A stretch of DNA of 64,000 nucleotides from Candidatus Spyradocola sp. (GTDB lineage Bacteria > Bacillota > Clostridia > Christensenellales > UBA1750), in contig JBMNOF010000002.1 in the NCBI GenBank assembly GCA_050942925.1, positions 50,483-114,482 of the forward strand, read 5' to 3'. The translations under genes were made by a program, and so were the position numbers. The notes under the pieces are model-generated. The model was not told the origin of the DNA, made no database searches, and saw nothing but the letters and a program-made list of their open reading frames with translations. This document shows positions 34,285 through 43,960 of this stretch, one piece after another (the first letter of the stretch is position 1; every line of letters starts with the position of its first letter).

Positions 34285-36240
34285 ATGAGCATGGAAAAAG
34301 GACAGCTTTCTATACATACGGAAAATTTTTTGCCCATCATTAAGAAGTGGTTGTATTCGGATCGGGATATTTTTGTCCGCGAGCTGATTTCCAACGGCTG
34401 TGATGCCGTGGCCAAGCGCCGCATGACGGGCGAAGTGCCGGAAGGGTACGCCCCGCGCATCACCGTGCGCGTGGACAAGGAGCACCGCATCCTCTCCTTT
34501 ACGGATGACGGCGTGGGCATGACGGCGGACGAGGTCCGCAAGTACATCAACCAGGTGGCCTTCTCCGGCGCGAACGACTTTTTGGAAAAGTATAAGGACA
34601 GCGGGGAGCAGATCATCGGCCACTTTGGCCTGGGCTTCTATTCCGCCTTTATGGTTGCGGATAAGGTCCGCATTGACACCCTCTCCTGCATGCCGGATTC
34701 CAAGGCCGTGACCTGGGAGTCGGACGGCAGCGTGGAATACACGATGGAGGAGAGCGAGCGCGAGGAGGTCGGCACGACCGTCACCCTCTACCTCAACGAC
34801 GAGTCCGACGAGTTCCTCGACGGTTACCGCATGAAGGACATCATCCGCAAGTATTGTTCCTTCATGCCCACCCCGATCTATTGCGAGGTGGCTGAGGACG
34901 AGAAGAAGGAAGAGGAGCACCACCACGAGGACGGCTGCACCTGCGAGGACCACGACCACGAGCACGAGGAGGCCGAGAAGAAGCCGCCGGAGATGCTCAA
35001 TACCCCCAATCCCCTCTACCTCAAGGCGCCCAAGGACTGCACCGAAGAGGAGTACAAGAAGTTCTACCGGGATACCTTCCACGAGTGGGAGGAGCCGCTG
35101 TTCTGGATTCACCTCAACGCGGACTATCCCTTCAACCTGCATGGCATTCTCTACTTCCCGCGCCTGAAGAACGAATTCACCGCCAACGACGGCCAGGTCA
35201 AGCTCTACAGCAACCAGGTCTTTATCGCGGACAACATCAAGGAGATCATTCCGGAGTTCCTGCTGCTGCTCAAGGGCGTCGTCGACTGCCCGGACCTGCC
35301 GCTGAACGTCTCCCGTTCCTTCCTGCAGAACGACGGCTATGTGCGCAAGCTCTCGGACTACATCACCCGCAAGGTCGCCGACCGCCTCACTGGCCTGTTC
35401 AAGAACGAGCGCGAGCAGTATGAGAAGTATTGGAAGGACATCCATCCCTTCATCAAGTACGGCTGCCTGCGCGACGAGAAGTTCTACGACCGCATGAAGG
35501 ACGCCATCATCTACAAGACCAGCAAGGGCGAGTATGAGACGCTGCAGGAGTACCTGGATAAGGCCAAGGAAACCCATGCCGGCAAGGTCTACTACGCCAA
35601 CGACGAAGACCGCCAGGCCAACACCGTGGGCCTGTACGAGGAGCGCGGCATCGAGGTGCTGGTCATGGGCTCGCCCATCGACATCAGCTTCATGCAGTTC
35701 ATCGAGAGCAAGAATTCGGATGTGCACTTTGCCCGCATCGACGCCGACATCGCCGACGCCCTGCGCGATACGGATGCCGCCATCGACGCCAGCCTCACCG
35801 ACAAGCTCGAAAAGATGTTCCAGTGGGCCGTGGAGGAGGGCAACCTCAAGATCCGCGTCGAGCCCCTCAAGAACGCCGATACCGCCGCGGTTCTCCTGCT
35901 GGACGAGAACATGCGCCGCTACCAGGAGGCCATGCGCATGTGGGGCAACGGCGGAATGCCGGAGTTCCCGCTTGAGCGCACGCTCGTGCTCAACGCCCAG
36001 CACCCGCTGGTCAAGAATCTCGCCGCCCGCCCGCAGGACGACACCGCCAAGGACATCTGCCTGCAGCTGACGGACCTGGCCGAGATGGCCCAGCAGCCCC
36101 TGCCTGCGGAGCGCATGAACGCCTTCCTCACCCGCTCCATGCGCCTGATGACGGAGCTGGCCACCGAGGAAAAGCCCGCCGCGCCGGAAGAAGCTCCCGC
36201 TGCGGAAGACAAGCCCGCGGATGCGCCGGAGGAGAAGTAA
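34285..36240 (+). CDS. htpG: molecular chaperone HtpG (Hsp90 family)
   Basis: 651-aa ORF. FLPIIKKWLYSDRDIFVRELISNGCDA and GHFGLGFYSAFMVA are Hsp90 N-domain signatures. RBS is GGAGGA. It contains a His/Cys-rich insert at 34918-34965. Confidence 0.93.
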   Translation: MSMEKGQLSIHTENFLPIIKKWLYSDRDIFVRELISNGCDAVAKRRMTGEVPEGYAPRITVRVDKEHRILSFTDDGVGMTADEVRKYINQVAFSGANDFLEKYKDSGEQIIGHFGLGFYSAFMVADKVRIDTLSCMPDSKAVTWESDGSVEYTMEESEREEVGTTVTLYLNDESDEFLDGYRMKDIIRKYCSFMPTPIYCEVAEDEKKEEEHHHEDGCTCEDHDHEHEEAEKKPPEMLNTPNPLYLKAPKDCTEEEYKKFYRDTFHEWEEPLFWIHLNADYPFNLHGILYFPRLKNEFTANDGQVKLYSNQVFIADNIKEIIPEFLLLLKGVVDCPDLPLNVSRSFLQNDGYVRKLSDYITRKVADRLTGLFKNEREQYEKYWKDIHPFIKYGCLRDEKFYDRMKDAIIYKTSKGEYETLQEYLDKAKETHAGKVYYANDEDRQANTVGLYEERGIEVLVMGSPIDISFMQFIESKNSDVHFARIDADIADALRDTDAAIDASLTDKLEKMFQWAVEEGNLKIRVEPLKNADTAAVLLLDENMRRYQEAMRMWGNGGMPEFPLERTLVLNAQHPLVKNLAARPQDDTAKDICLQLTDLAEMAQQPLPAERMNAFLTRSMRLMTELATEEKPAAPEEAPAAEDKPADAPEEK

Positions 36241-36245
36241 AAAAA

Positions 36246-36296
36246 CACGGCGCTGCCCGCCCCGCTTTGCGGGACGCGGCAGCGCCGTGTTTTTTT
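36246..36296 (+). terminator. intrinsic terminator after htpG
   Basis: CACGGCGCTGCC ... GGCAGCGCCGTG stem followed by T7. Confidence 0.8.
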
Positions 36297-36327
36297 CCAT
36301 CATACAGAGAAAAAAGGAGGAAGTCCC

Positions 36328-36549
36328 ATGGCCAGCGCGCCGTTTTGCACCTGCAAGGACCACAACTGTCCCCTGAATCCCCATAACCACGACAAGGGCT
36401 GCACGCTCTGCGTCGAAAAGTGCCTGAAGCTCGGCGAGATCCCGAGCTGCTTCTTCAAGCTCGTGGACGAGGACATCTCCGGAAATTCGGACTTTACCCT
36501 GGAGGGCTTTGTCCGCTTCTACGAGGCGCATGCCGGGAAAAAGGATTGA
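36328..36549 (+). CDS. small Cys-rich protein (DUF6485-like by memory)
   Basis: 73-aa ORF with RBS AAAGGAGGAAG. The Cys/His pattern is CTCKDHNCPLNPHNHDKGCTLCVEKC...IPSCFF. Confidence 0.6.
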   Translation: MASAPFCTCKDHNCPLNPHNHDKGCTLCVEKCLKLGEIPSCFFKLVDEDISGNSDFTLEGFVRFYEAHAGKKD

Positions 36550-36618
36550 TGTTTATCAGCCCTCCTCCCTGCACAGGCGGAACCGGAGCGCCCCTTCGCA
36601 ATGCGCCGTTTCGCCGAC

Positions 36619-37119
36619 TCACTTCGTGGAAAAACAGAGCACATAGGGTAGGGACCCGTCCGCATAGGGCGAACGTCCCGGCAGCTCCCGGATGGCTCCG
36701 GCCGCATGCCTTTGCGCGGCCCGGCGCCAGAAGGCCGCTGCCGGGGCGTTTTTTTCGTAAAAGGCGATCTGCCAAGCGCCTGGATGGCGGGCAAAGACCT
36801 GCGCGATCGCCGCAGAGGCCACGCCCTGCCGGCGATCGGGCGGGGCCACAAAGAACTCCGCAATCGCGTGGTCCAGCGGCGCGTCCGCCGCAGGATGTTG
36901 GTTGACCAGGCACAACCCGGATAGCCGCCCGTCCGCGCGGATCAGATAGGGATAGCGCCCCTCCTCTTCCCAGTACGCGGCCAGATAGGGGTAGCCGAAG
37001 CGGCCGTCCTCCTGAAAGACCTCACCGTCAAAAAAGGAGAGCTCATAGAGGTATTTTTCCAGGAGGTTTTCCAGGACGATCTTTTGCGCGGGGAACGCGG
37101 GACAGAGCTGGATTTGCAA
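36619..37119 (-). CDS. GNAT-type acetyltransferase (COG5628-like)
   Basis: ORF 36619-37152. AAAGGAGG at 37126-37133 favours the TTG at 37119. The TTG at 37152 is an alternative that would overlap the helicase stop. IAEFFVAPPDRRQGVASAAI is the acetyl-CoA motif. Confidence 0.65.
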   Translation of the reverse strand: MQIQLCPAFPAQKIVLENLLEKYLYELSFFDGEVFQEDGRFGYPYLAAYWEEEGRYPYLIRADGRLSGLCLVNQHPAADAPLDHAIAEFFVAPPDRRQGVASAAIAQVFARHPGAWQIAFYEKNAPAAAFWRRAAQRHAAGAIRELPGRSPYADGSLPYVLCFSTK

Positions 37120-37144
37120 ACGCAAGCCTCCTTTTTCGTTTCGC

Positions 37145-40100
37145 TCAGTCAAAGAGCGCGCGGATGTCCTTGGGCGTCAACGCGCTGGGCAGCACTTCGC
37201 CCGGGGTCACGACCAGGTCGATCAGCGCCTTCTTGCGCATCTGCAGCTCGGAGACCTTTTCCTCGATCGTGTCGTGCGCGATCAGGCGGATGACGTGCAC
37301 GGCGCGCGTCTGGCCGATGCGGTGGGCGCGGTCGGTCGCCTGGTCCTCGACGGCGGGGTTCCACCAGGGATCGTAGTGGATGACGGTATCGGCCGCGGTG
37401 AGGTTGAGGCCGTACCCGCCCGCCCGCAGCGAGATGAGGAAGAGGGGAACATCGCCCTTGTTGAACTCCTCGGTGAGCTTCAAGCGGTCCTGCGGCGGCG
37501 TGTTTCCGTCCAGGTACAGCGATTGCAGGCCCGCGGCGGTGAGCTGTTCGCGAATGATGCCGAGCATGGCCGTGAACTGCGAGAAGATGAGGATGCGGTG
37601 CCCACTCTCCACCTGTTCGCCCACCAGCTCCATCAACAGCTCCAGCTTGCCGCTGCCGCCCTCGTATCCTTCGAGGAACAGCGCCGGGTGGCAGCAGATC
37701 TGCCGCAGCCGCGTGATGGCGGCCAGCATCCGGAAGTGCGCCTTTTCCCAGCCCTCGTTCTTGACCGTCTCGTCCAATTCGCGCTTGACCTGGGCGAGCG
37801 TCGCCAAATAGACCTGGCGCTGCTCCGGCGTGAGCTCCGCCACGATCCGGTGCTCGATCTTCTCCGGGAGCTCGGACAGAACTTCCTTTTTCAGGCGGCG
37901 CATGAGGAAGGGGCGGATCTTCTTGGCCAGCAGGTCGCTGTCCGAGCCATCGCCGTGGCGCTGCATGAACTCGTTTTGGTCCATGAGGTAACCGGGCAGA
38001 ACGAAGTCGAAAATCGACCAAAGCTCGCCGGGATGGTTCTCCATGGGCGTGCCGGTCAGGGCAAAGCGGGACTGGGCCTTGATGCGCTTGACCGCGCTCG
38101 CACCCACGGAGGCCGCGTTCTTGATCTGCTGCGCCTCGTCCAGGATGCAGAAGCGGAAGTTCACCTGCTCCAGCCACTCGATGTCCCGGCGCACCTGCGC
38201 ATAGGAGGCGATGAGCACGTCCACATGCTCCACGTCTTCGGCCTGACGGCGGCGGTCCTCCTTTCCGCCGGAGAGCACCACGGTGCGCATGTGCGGGGTG
38301 AACTTCTGGATTTCCGCCTGCCAGTTGTAGACCAGCGACGTCGGCGCCACGACCAGGCTCGGCATGCAGCCCATCGTCTCATACCCCCACTGGATGAGGG
38401 CCAGAACCTGAATGGTCTTGCCAAGGCCCATGTCGTCGGCGAGCACGCCGCCCATTCCCAGGCGCGCCAGCGTCTTGAGCCAGGCAAAGCCCCGCTGCTG
38501 GTACGGGCGCAGACCCTTGATCGGCGCCTTTCCCTTGTCCGGATGCTGTACGGCCCGCGCAAGATCGGTCACGGATTTGTCCTGCTCGATGTCCAGGTTG
38601 GAAGCCGCCATGAGCTGGGAAAGGTAGACCGCGCGGCAGCGCATCATCTCGACCACGCCGCCCTTGACCTCGCCCACCTCGTCCAGATACCCGGCCAGCT
38701 CCGACCAGCCGTCGTCCGGCAGCAGCGAGATGAAGGAACCGTCCGTCAGGCGCACAAACTTTTTCTTCTCGCGCAGGGCCTGCAAAACGCCGTCGTATTC
38801 CTTCGGGTCGACGCCGTCCAGCAGGAGCTCGAACTGCAGAAGATCGCCGCCCGGGCTCATGCGCAGCTTTCCGCGCGGCCGAGAGCGGCGGGGCCGCATC
38901 CGCAGCAGCGCTTCCGAACAGTAGACGTCCGCGCACGACTGCAGCAGCGGAACCCCATCCTGCAGAAAGTTGTAGATCGCATCGTTCCCCGAGAGGTAGG
39001 CTTCCTTGAGCCGCACCTTGAAGCCGTGCCGGCCAAGCAGGTCCAACACCACGCGCTCCGCCTGCGCATCCCGCAAGAGCAGGACGTTTTCCTGCCGTTC
39101 CTGCGGCGGGGAAAAGGGATCGATTCTCGTCTTGCCATAGATAAAGGCCACTTGCGCCACGATGCTGCCGGAAACGGCGTCCAGCGTCACGGTCGTCATG
39201 AGCTTTTCCGTCACAATGCGGGACGAGACGGTTTCATCCACCGTCACCGACGCGACTTCCCGAAGCAGCGGGAGCACTTCGGACACGAGCTGTTCCCCCT
39301 CCGGCAGCGTAAAGCGGCAGCGCGTGATCCCCTCCTTGCACAAAAAGGGAATCAGCGCGTGCTGCTGTGCCGCGGAAAGGCCCAGCACCCGTCCCTCCAT
39401 CAGGATGAACTGCCCCTCGCGCGTCAGCTTGACGCACTCCGGCGGCAGGCGGGCCTCCAGCTCCAGCTCCTTTCCCGCCGCCCGCAGCGTGAACGCCGCC
39501 GGCACGTTCGCCGCCTGAATGCCGCGAATGGTCGAGGTTTCCCCATCGACGACGAGCTGAAAGATGCTCTGCGCCAGGAGCTGCAGCACCCGGCGCAGCT
39601 GTTCGTTCGTCAGGGGAAGCTGGCGCTCGCGCAGGACGGGACGGCCCAGCGCAAGCTCCCGCGAACAGACCACCTCCCGCAGAAACGAGAGCAGCCGCTC
39701 CTGCGCCGGCCCGAAGCACTGCCACTGCGCTTCCACCGTGAGCCCCTTGCCAAAGGGAATCTCTTCCCCGGCCGCATAGGCCTTTACAAAAGAGGAGAGG
39801 TCCTGTACCACGTACATGCGCTTGTGCCCCACGCGCAGGGAGAGCAGACCCGCGGCCGGCCCTGAAGCGGAGATCTCCACCGTTGCCAGCAGCTTCAGGG
39901 ACTGCTCGCGCGCGGCGGGCGTCTCAAACCAGCTCAGCACGTCCAGGCCCGCTTCCCGCCGGGCGCGGCTCAGCAGCACCTGCGTGCGCCCCTCTTTGGA
40001 CAGCTCCAGACAGAGCGCGCCCACGTGCGCGCACACGCGGCGGCTCGCAACCGGTACGCCGCAGGTGCAGGTGCAGGCGGAGAGCTCTCCCCCCGCGAAG

Positions 40101-40264
40101 GTGACCGAGGCGGCGTAGGTATAGGGCGGGTCTTCCACCGTGGCGGAAAAGCTGTGCTCCCCCTCCACGCGGATGTTTTTCACCCGGCCGTCCGAGAGAA
40201 GTTGGCAGGCATATCGATACGCGCGATCGTCGCGCGCGATTTTTTTGAGTTCTTCCGGTGTCAT
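37145..40264 (-). CDS. SNF2 family helicase with N-terminal SWIM zinc finger (YwqA-like)
   Basis: ORF 37145-40315. The ATG at 40264 is probable. It has a SWIM motif (CTCTCG...CAHV), helicase motifs I (ADDMGLGKT), II (DEAQQIKN) and III (LTGTPMEN), and C-terminal motifs (GGYGLNLT, QATDRAHRIGQ). Confidence 0.85.
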   Translation of the reverse strand: MTPEELKKIARDDRAYRYACQLLSDGRVKNIRVEGEHSFSATVEDPPYTYAASVTFAGGELSACTCTCGVPVASRRVCAHVGALCLELSKEGRTQVLLSRARREAGLDVLSWFETPAAREQSLKLLATVEISASGPAAGLLSLRVGHKRMYVVQDLSSFVKAYAAGEEIPFGKGLTVEAQWQCFGPAQERLLSFLREVVCSRELALGRPVLRERQLPLTNEQLRRVLQLLAQSIFQLVVDGETSTIRGIQAANVPAAFTLRAAGKELELEARLPPECVKLTREGQFILMEGRVLGLSAAQQHALIPFLCKEGITRCRFTLPEGEQLVSEVLPLLREVASVTVDETVSSRIVTEKLMTTVTLDAVSGSIVAQVAFIYGKTRIDPFSPPQERQENVLLLRDAQAERVVLDLLGRHGFKVRLKEAYLSGNDAIYNFLQDGVPLLQSCADVYCSEALLRMRPRRSRPRGKLRMSPGGDLLQFELLLDGVDPKEYDGVLQALREKKKFVRLTDGSFISLLPDDGWSELAGYLDEVGEVKGGVVEMMRCRAVYLSQLMAASNLDIEQDKSVTDLARAVQHPDKGKAPIKGLRPYQQRGFAWLKTLARLGMGGVLADDMGLGKTIQVLALIQWGYETMGCMPSLVVAPTSLVYNWQAEIQKFTPHMRTVVLSGGKEDRRRQAEDVEHVDVLIASYAQVRRDIEWLEQVNFRFCILDEAQQIKNAASVGASAVKRIKAQSRFALTGTPMENHPGELWSIFDFVLPGYLMDQNEFMQRHGDGSDSDLLAKKIRPFLMRRLKKEVLSELPEKIEHRIVAELTPEQRQVYLATLAQVKRELDETVKNEGWEKAHFRMLAAITRLRQICCHPALFLEGYEGGSGKLELLMELVGEQVESGHRILIFSQFTAMLGIIREQLTAAGLQSLYLDGNTPPQDRLKLTEEFNKGDVPLFLISLRAGGYGLNLTAADTVIHYDPWWNPAVEDQATDRAHRIGQTRAVHVIRLIAHDTIEEKVSELQMRKKALIDLVVTPGEVLPSALTPKDIRALFD

Positions 40265-40402
40265 CCCGTAACCCCCAAGGAATTCCGAATTTGCAGATCC
40301 GGCGCGCATGGACACAATTTGTTCGAAATTGCGCGCTCATTTAGTTTGAGTTCTACATCCCCCGGAAAAATTCCTTCCGAAAGAAAAATCTCGCCCCGGC
40401 CA

Positions 40403-40431
40403 TTTACACACTCATAACGCGCCTGTATAAT
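40403..40431 (+). promoter_or_regulatory. sigma-70-type promoter of the dipeptidase gene
   Basis: TTTACA (40403-40408), 17-nt spacer, TG-TATAAT (40426-40431). Confidence 0.45.
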
Positions 40432-40462
40432 AGGAGAAAAAGGAATTTGGGAGGCGGCCAAC

Positions 40463-41869
40463 GTGGAAAAATTGCAGAAAGTGGACGAAATTCTCAAAAC
40501 CTATGAAGCGGAAATGACGGAAACCCTGCGCGATTTGGTGCGGATTCCAAGCGTAGACGGCGAGGCGCTGCCGGGCAAACCCTTTGGCGAAGCCTGCGCC
40601 CGCGTCCTGGACTATGCCCTCAAAAAGGCCCGGGAATTCGGCCTGGAAACCTATAACGACGAGAATTATGCGGGCCATGCCGCCTATGGCGGGTCCGAGG
40701 GCGGAAAGACGCTGGGCATCCTGGCGCACCTGGACGTCGTGCCCGAGGGCAGCGATTGGACCCTTCCGCCCTATGAGGGCATCATTCGGGACGGGTTCCT
40801 CTATGGGCGCGGCGCTTCGGACAACAAGTGCAGCTGCGTGTCCTGCCTGTACGCCCTGCGCGCCATCAAGGAAGCCGGCATCCCCCTGCACGACCGCGTG
40901 CTGCTGATCCTGGGCTGCAACGAGGAGAAGGGCAGCGCGGATATGGCGCACTATATGCAGCACGTGGGCATGCCCGATTACGGCTTCTCGCCGGACTCCA
41001 GCTTCCCCGTGTGCTACGCGGAAAAGGGAATCCACCGCATGGAGCTGGAGGCGGACTTCGGTGCGGAGACGCCGCTGCTCGCCTTTACGGCCGGCGAGGC
41101 GGTCAATATCGTTCCCAATCGGTGCAGCGCCTCCGTTCTGGGCACGCCGGAGCAGGCGGAAGCCATGCGCAAGAAGGCCGAAGCCCTGCAAATCCCCTGC
41201 CGGGTCGCGTGCGCAGACGGAAGAATCGACGTGGAAGTCGAGGGCGTGGCCGCGCACGGCGCCTTCCCCGCGGGCGGAAGGAACGCCATTTCCCTGATGG
41301 CGGAGCTCCTTTCCTGCGCATCCCTGAAAGAGGCAGAACCCGCAGTCCGCTTCCTGCGCGAACGGCTCAACGTGCAGGATTGGGACGGCAAGGCCTTGGG
41401 CATCCAGATGGAGGACGAGCCCTCCGGCGCGCTCACGGTGAACCTGGGCGTAATCCGCGCGGATGCGCGCGGGCTGCGCGTGCAGCTCGACATCCGCCAG
41501 CCCGTCACCGCGGACTTTGACGACGTGCTCGCCCGCGTGCAGGCCGCCTGCGCGCCCTATGGGCTCACCGCCCACAGCACGCACGTCTCGCCGGCACTGT
41601 ATGTGGACAAGAACTCCTGGCTGGTCACGACCCTCATGCGCGTTTACAAGGAGCTCACCGGGCGCGACGATCCGCCCTTCTCCATGGGCGGGGGAACGTA
41701 TGCCCGCAGCATGAAGAACGCCGTCGCCTTTGGTCCCTCCCTGCCCGGCAACAAGAGCGGGGGCGCGCACGGCCCGGACGAAAGACAGTACCTGCCCGAG
41801 ATGTTTGAGGCGGCAAGACTGTACGCGCACACCATCGTCGCCCTGGCCGGCAAGGGCATGGAAGCCTGA
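40463..41869 (+). CDS. pepV: M20 family dipeptidase (PepV/Sapep-like)
   Basis: 468-aa ORF with a GTG start after GGGAGG. It has HLDVVPEG, GRGASDNK and LGCNEEKGS metal-binding motifs. Confidence 0.8.
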   Translation: MEKLQKVDEILKTYEAEMTETLRDLVRIPSVDGEALPGKPFGEACARVLDYALKKAREFGLETYNDENYAGHAAYGGSEGGKTLGILAHLDVVPEGSDWTLPPYEGIIRDGFLYGRGASDNKCSCVSCLYALRAIKEAGIPLHDRVLLILGCNEEKGSADMAHYMQHVGMPDYGFSPDSSFPVCYAEKGIHRMELEADFGAETPLLAFTAGEAVNIVPNRCSASVLGTPEQAEAMRKKAEALQIPCRVACADGRIDVEVEGVAAHGAFPAGGRNAISLMAELLSCASLKEAEPAVRFLRERLNVQDWDGKALGIQMEDEPSGALTVNLGVIRADARGLRVQLDIRQPVTADFDDVLARVQAACAPYGLTAHSTHVSPALYVDKNSWLVTTLMRVYKELTGRDDPPFSMGGGTYARSMKNAVAFGPSLPGNKSGGAHGPDERQYLPEMFEAARLYAHTIVALAGKGMEA

Positions 41870-41905
41870 CCGGCCGCAAAATTGAGACGAAAGAAGGAAT
41901 ATGCA

Positions 41906-43405
41906 ATGCGCTTTTCTTGCGCGAGAATTTTTTCCGATCACATGGTCCTGCAGCGGAACCGGCCCATCGCCGTCTTTGGCGAGGGCCCGGAAGGCGCGAG
42001 CGTCGAGGCGGAGCTCCTGGGGCGCTCGGCGCGCACGACCTGCGCAGACGGCAAGTGGCTCCTGTACCTGCCGGCCATGGACGCGCGCGGTTCGCTTCAG
42101 CTCCGCGTGCGCTGCGGGGCGGAGGAGATCGTCTTTTCCGATGTGGCCTTGGGCGAGGTTTGGCTCGCCGGCGGACAGAGCAATATGGAGCTGATCCTGG
42201 AAAACGCCAAGAGCGGCGGCAAGGAAATCCCCGCCGCCCTGGACCCGGATCTGCGCTACTACCACACCGTGAAGACCGCCTCGGAGGCGGATCGGGCAGC
42301 GGCAGAGGCTCAGGTCCCCGCGGGCTGGGTGACCGCGTCGCCGGAGACGGCGGGACAGTTCTCCGCCGTGGCCTATCATGTGGCCAAGCGCCTTCGGGCG
42401 GCGCTCGGCGTGCCCGTGGGCCTCATCGGCTGCAACTGGGGCGGCACCTCGGCGTCCTGCTGGGTGAGCCGGGAGGCGCTTGCAGCGGAGCCCAGCCTGC
42501 GCGTCTATTTCGACGATTACGACCGCGCCGTCGCCGGAAAGACCCCTGCGCAGTTTGAAAAGGAGAAGGCCGACTATGCCGCCGCCCTGGAGGAGTACGC
42601 CGCCCGCATGGCGCGCGTGACCGTCTCCAAGAACGACATGGTCGCCTATCGCGAGGCCACCAAGGACATCGTCTTCCCCTGGCCGCCGCCCATGGGCCCG
42701 GATGCCTACCGCCGCCCCTGCGGCCTGTACGAGACCATGCTCCGGCACGTGACGCCCTACGCGCTGCGCGGCGCGCTCTGGTACCAGGGCGAAGAGGATT
42801 CCGGCACCCATCCGGATCTCTACGCCACCTTGCTGACGACGCTCTTCGCCCAGTGGCGGCGAGACTTCCGGGAGGAGGACCTCTTCTTCGGCGTGGTGCA
42901 GCTCCCGGGCTTTGGCGGCGAGGACGCCCAGGGCGAGAGCTGGGGCAAGATTCGCCTGGCGCAGGCCGCGGTTTGCGCGCGCGATGCACACGCCGCGCTT
43001 GCCGTGATCTCCGACGTGGGCGAAAAGGACAACGTCCATCCCATCGACAAGGAAACCGTGGGCAATCGCTTGGCCGACCAGCTCCTCTGCCACGCGTATG
43101 GGCAGGACCTTGACGTCCGCCTCGCGGCGCCGCAGGCGGTTCAGCGCGAGGGCCAGACTCTGGTCCTGCGCTTTGACGCGGAACTGCACGTGGACGGCGG
43201 GGAGGCAAAGGGATTCCAGATCCGCGGCGCAGAGGGCGCATGGAAGTGGGCGCAGGCGGAGGTTGCGGGAGCGACGGTGCGCTTGTGCGCGTCGGAAGTC
43301 GCGGAACCCCTCGAGGCGCGCTATGACCTGACCAACTGGGTCGAGGGCAACGTCTACCAGGCGAACGGCATTCCCCTGCCGCCGTTTGCCGCCAAGGTGT
43401 CGTGA
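41906..43405 (+). CDS. sialate O-acetylesterase family (SGNH) protein
   Basis: The internal ATG is at 41906. GEVWLAGGQSNME (GQSN block), GCNWGGTS and ALWYQGEED...HPIDK are typical of this family. Confidence 0.75.
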   Translation: MRFSCARIFSDHMVLQRNRPIAVFGEGPEGASVEAELLGRSARTTCADGKWLLYLPAMDARGSLQLRVRCGAEEIVFSDVALGEVWLAGGQSNMELILENAKSGGKEIPAALDPDLRYYHTVKTASEADRAAAEAQVPAGWVTASPETAGQFSAVAYHVAKRLRAALGVPVGLIGCNWGGTSASCWVSREALAAEPSLRVYFDDYDRAVAGKTPAQFEKEKADYAAALEEYAARMARVTVSKNDMVAYREATKDIVFPWPPPMGPDAYRRPCGLYETMLRHVTPYALRGALWYQGEEDSGTHPDLYATLLTTLFAQWRRDFREEDLFFGVVQLPGFGGEDAQGESWGKIRLAQAAVCARDAHAALAVISDVGEKDNVHPIDKETVGNRLADQLLCHAYGQDLDVRLAAPQAVQREGQTLVLRFDAELHVDGGEAKGFQIRGAEGAWKWAQAEVAGATVRLCASEVAEPLEARYDLTNWVEGNVYQANGIPLPPFAAKVS

Positions 43406-43884
43406 TGCGGTTCCGGGAGGCGACACCCGCGGACGCCGCGGAGATCTTTCGGCTCTACCGGTCGCTCCTCACGATGGAGGGCGTGACCTGGGACGAGGAG
43501 TATCCGGACGAAAGCTTCGTGTCCGGCGACCTCCGCGAGCACGGGCTCTTCGTCCTGGAGGAGGACGGGTGCATCGCCGCCGCGGTCTCCGCCGTGCGCG
43601 ACGAGGACATGGAGGACAACCCCGTGTGGGATCGGGCGCTGCTCCCCGCGGTGATGATCGAGCGCGTGGCCGTTCGCCGGGACTTTCAAGGAAGGGGGCT
43701 TTCCCGGCAGGCCATCTGCTCGGCCATGGAGGAGATGAAGAAGCGGGGCTTCCGCGGGGCGCGCTACCTCGTTGGGCCCAAGAACCTTCGCGCCCGGGCC
43801 GCCTACCGCCCCTTGGCATTCCGCTTGGCCGGGGAGGTCGACGCCTACGGCGAGCATTGGCTCTGCTACGAAAAGGAACTGTGA
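43405..43884 (+). CDS. GNAT family N-acetyltransferase
   Basis: ORF 43402-43884. The ATG at 43405 overlaps the upstream stop by 1 nt. VAVRRDFQGRGLSRQAI is the acetyl-CoA motif. Confidence 0.75.
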   Translation: MRFREATPADAAEIFRLYRSLLTMEGVTWDEEYPDESFVSGDLREHGLFVLEEDGCIAAAVSAVRDEDMEDNPVWDRALLPAVMIERVAVRRDFQGRGLSRQAICSAMEEMKKRGFRGARYLVGPKNLRARAAYRPLAFRLAGEVDAYGEHWLCYEKEL

Positions 43885-43960
43885 GCAAACGCGCCGCCCG
43901 GATTGCCGAGGCGGCGCGTTCGTGGTATACTGGGAAGGAGAAACGGAAAGGAGGGCGCGC

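Noticed and set aside
31820-36531. 778-aa (31820-34156) and 756-aa (34261-36531) minus-strand ORFs
   Set aside because: They are antisense to the binding protein and GH13 genes and to htpG respectively. The plus-strand products have unmistakable family signatures and the minus-strand translations have none.
37274-39865. 863-aa plus-strand ORF
   Set aside because: It is antisense to the SNF2 helicase, whose motifs I to VI are intact on the minus strand.
36619-40264. SNF2 helicase plus GNAT considered as a phage-defence system
   Set aside because: There is no associated nuclease, methyltransferase, PLD, DUF1998 or other defence-type partner, and no mobile-element context. The SWIM-SNF2 architecture matches housekeeping YwqA-like proteins.
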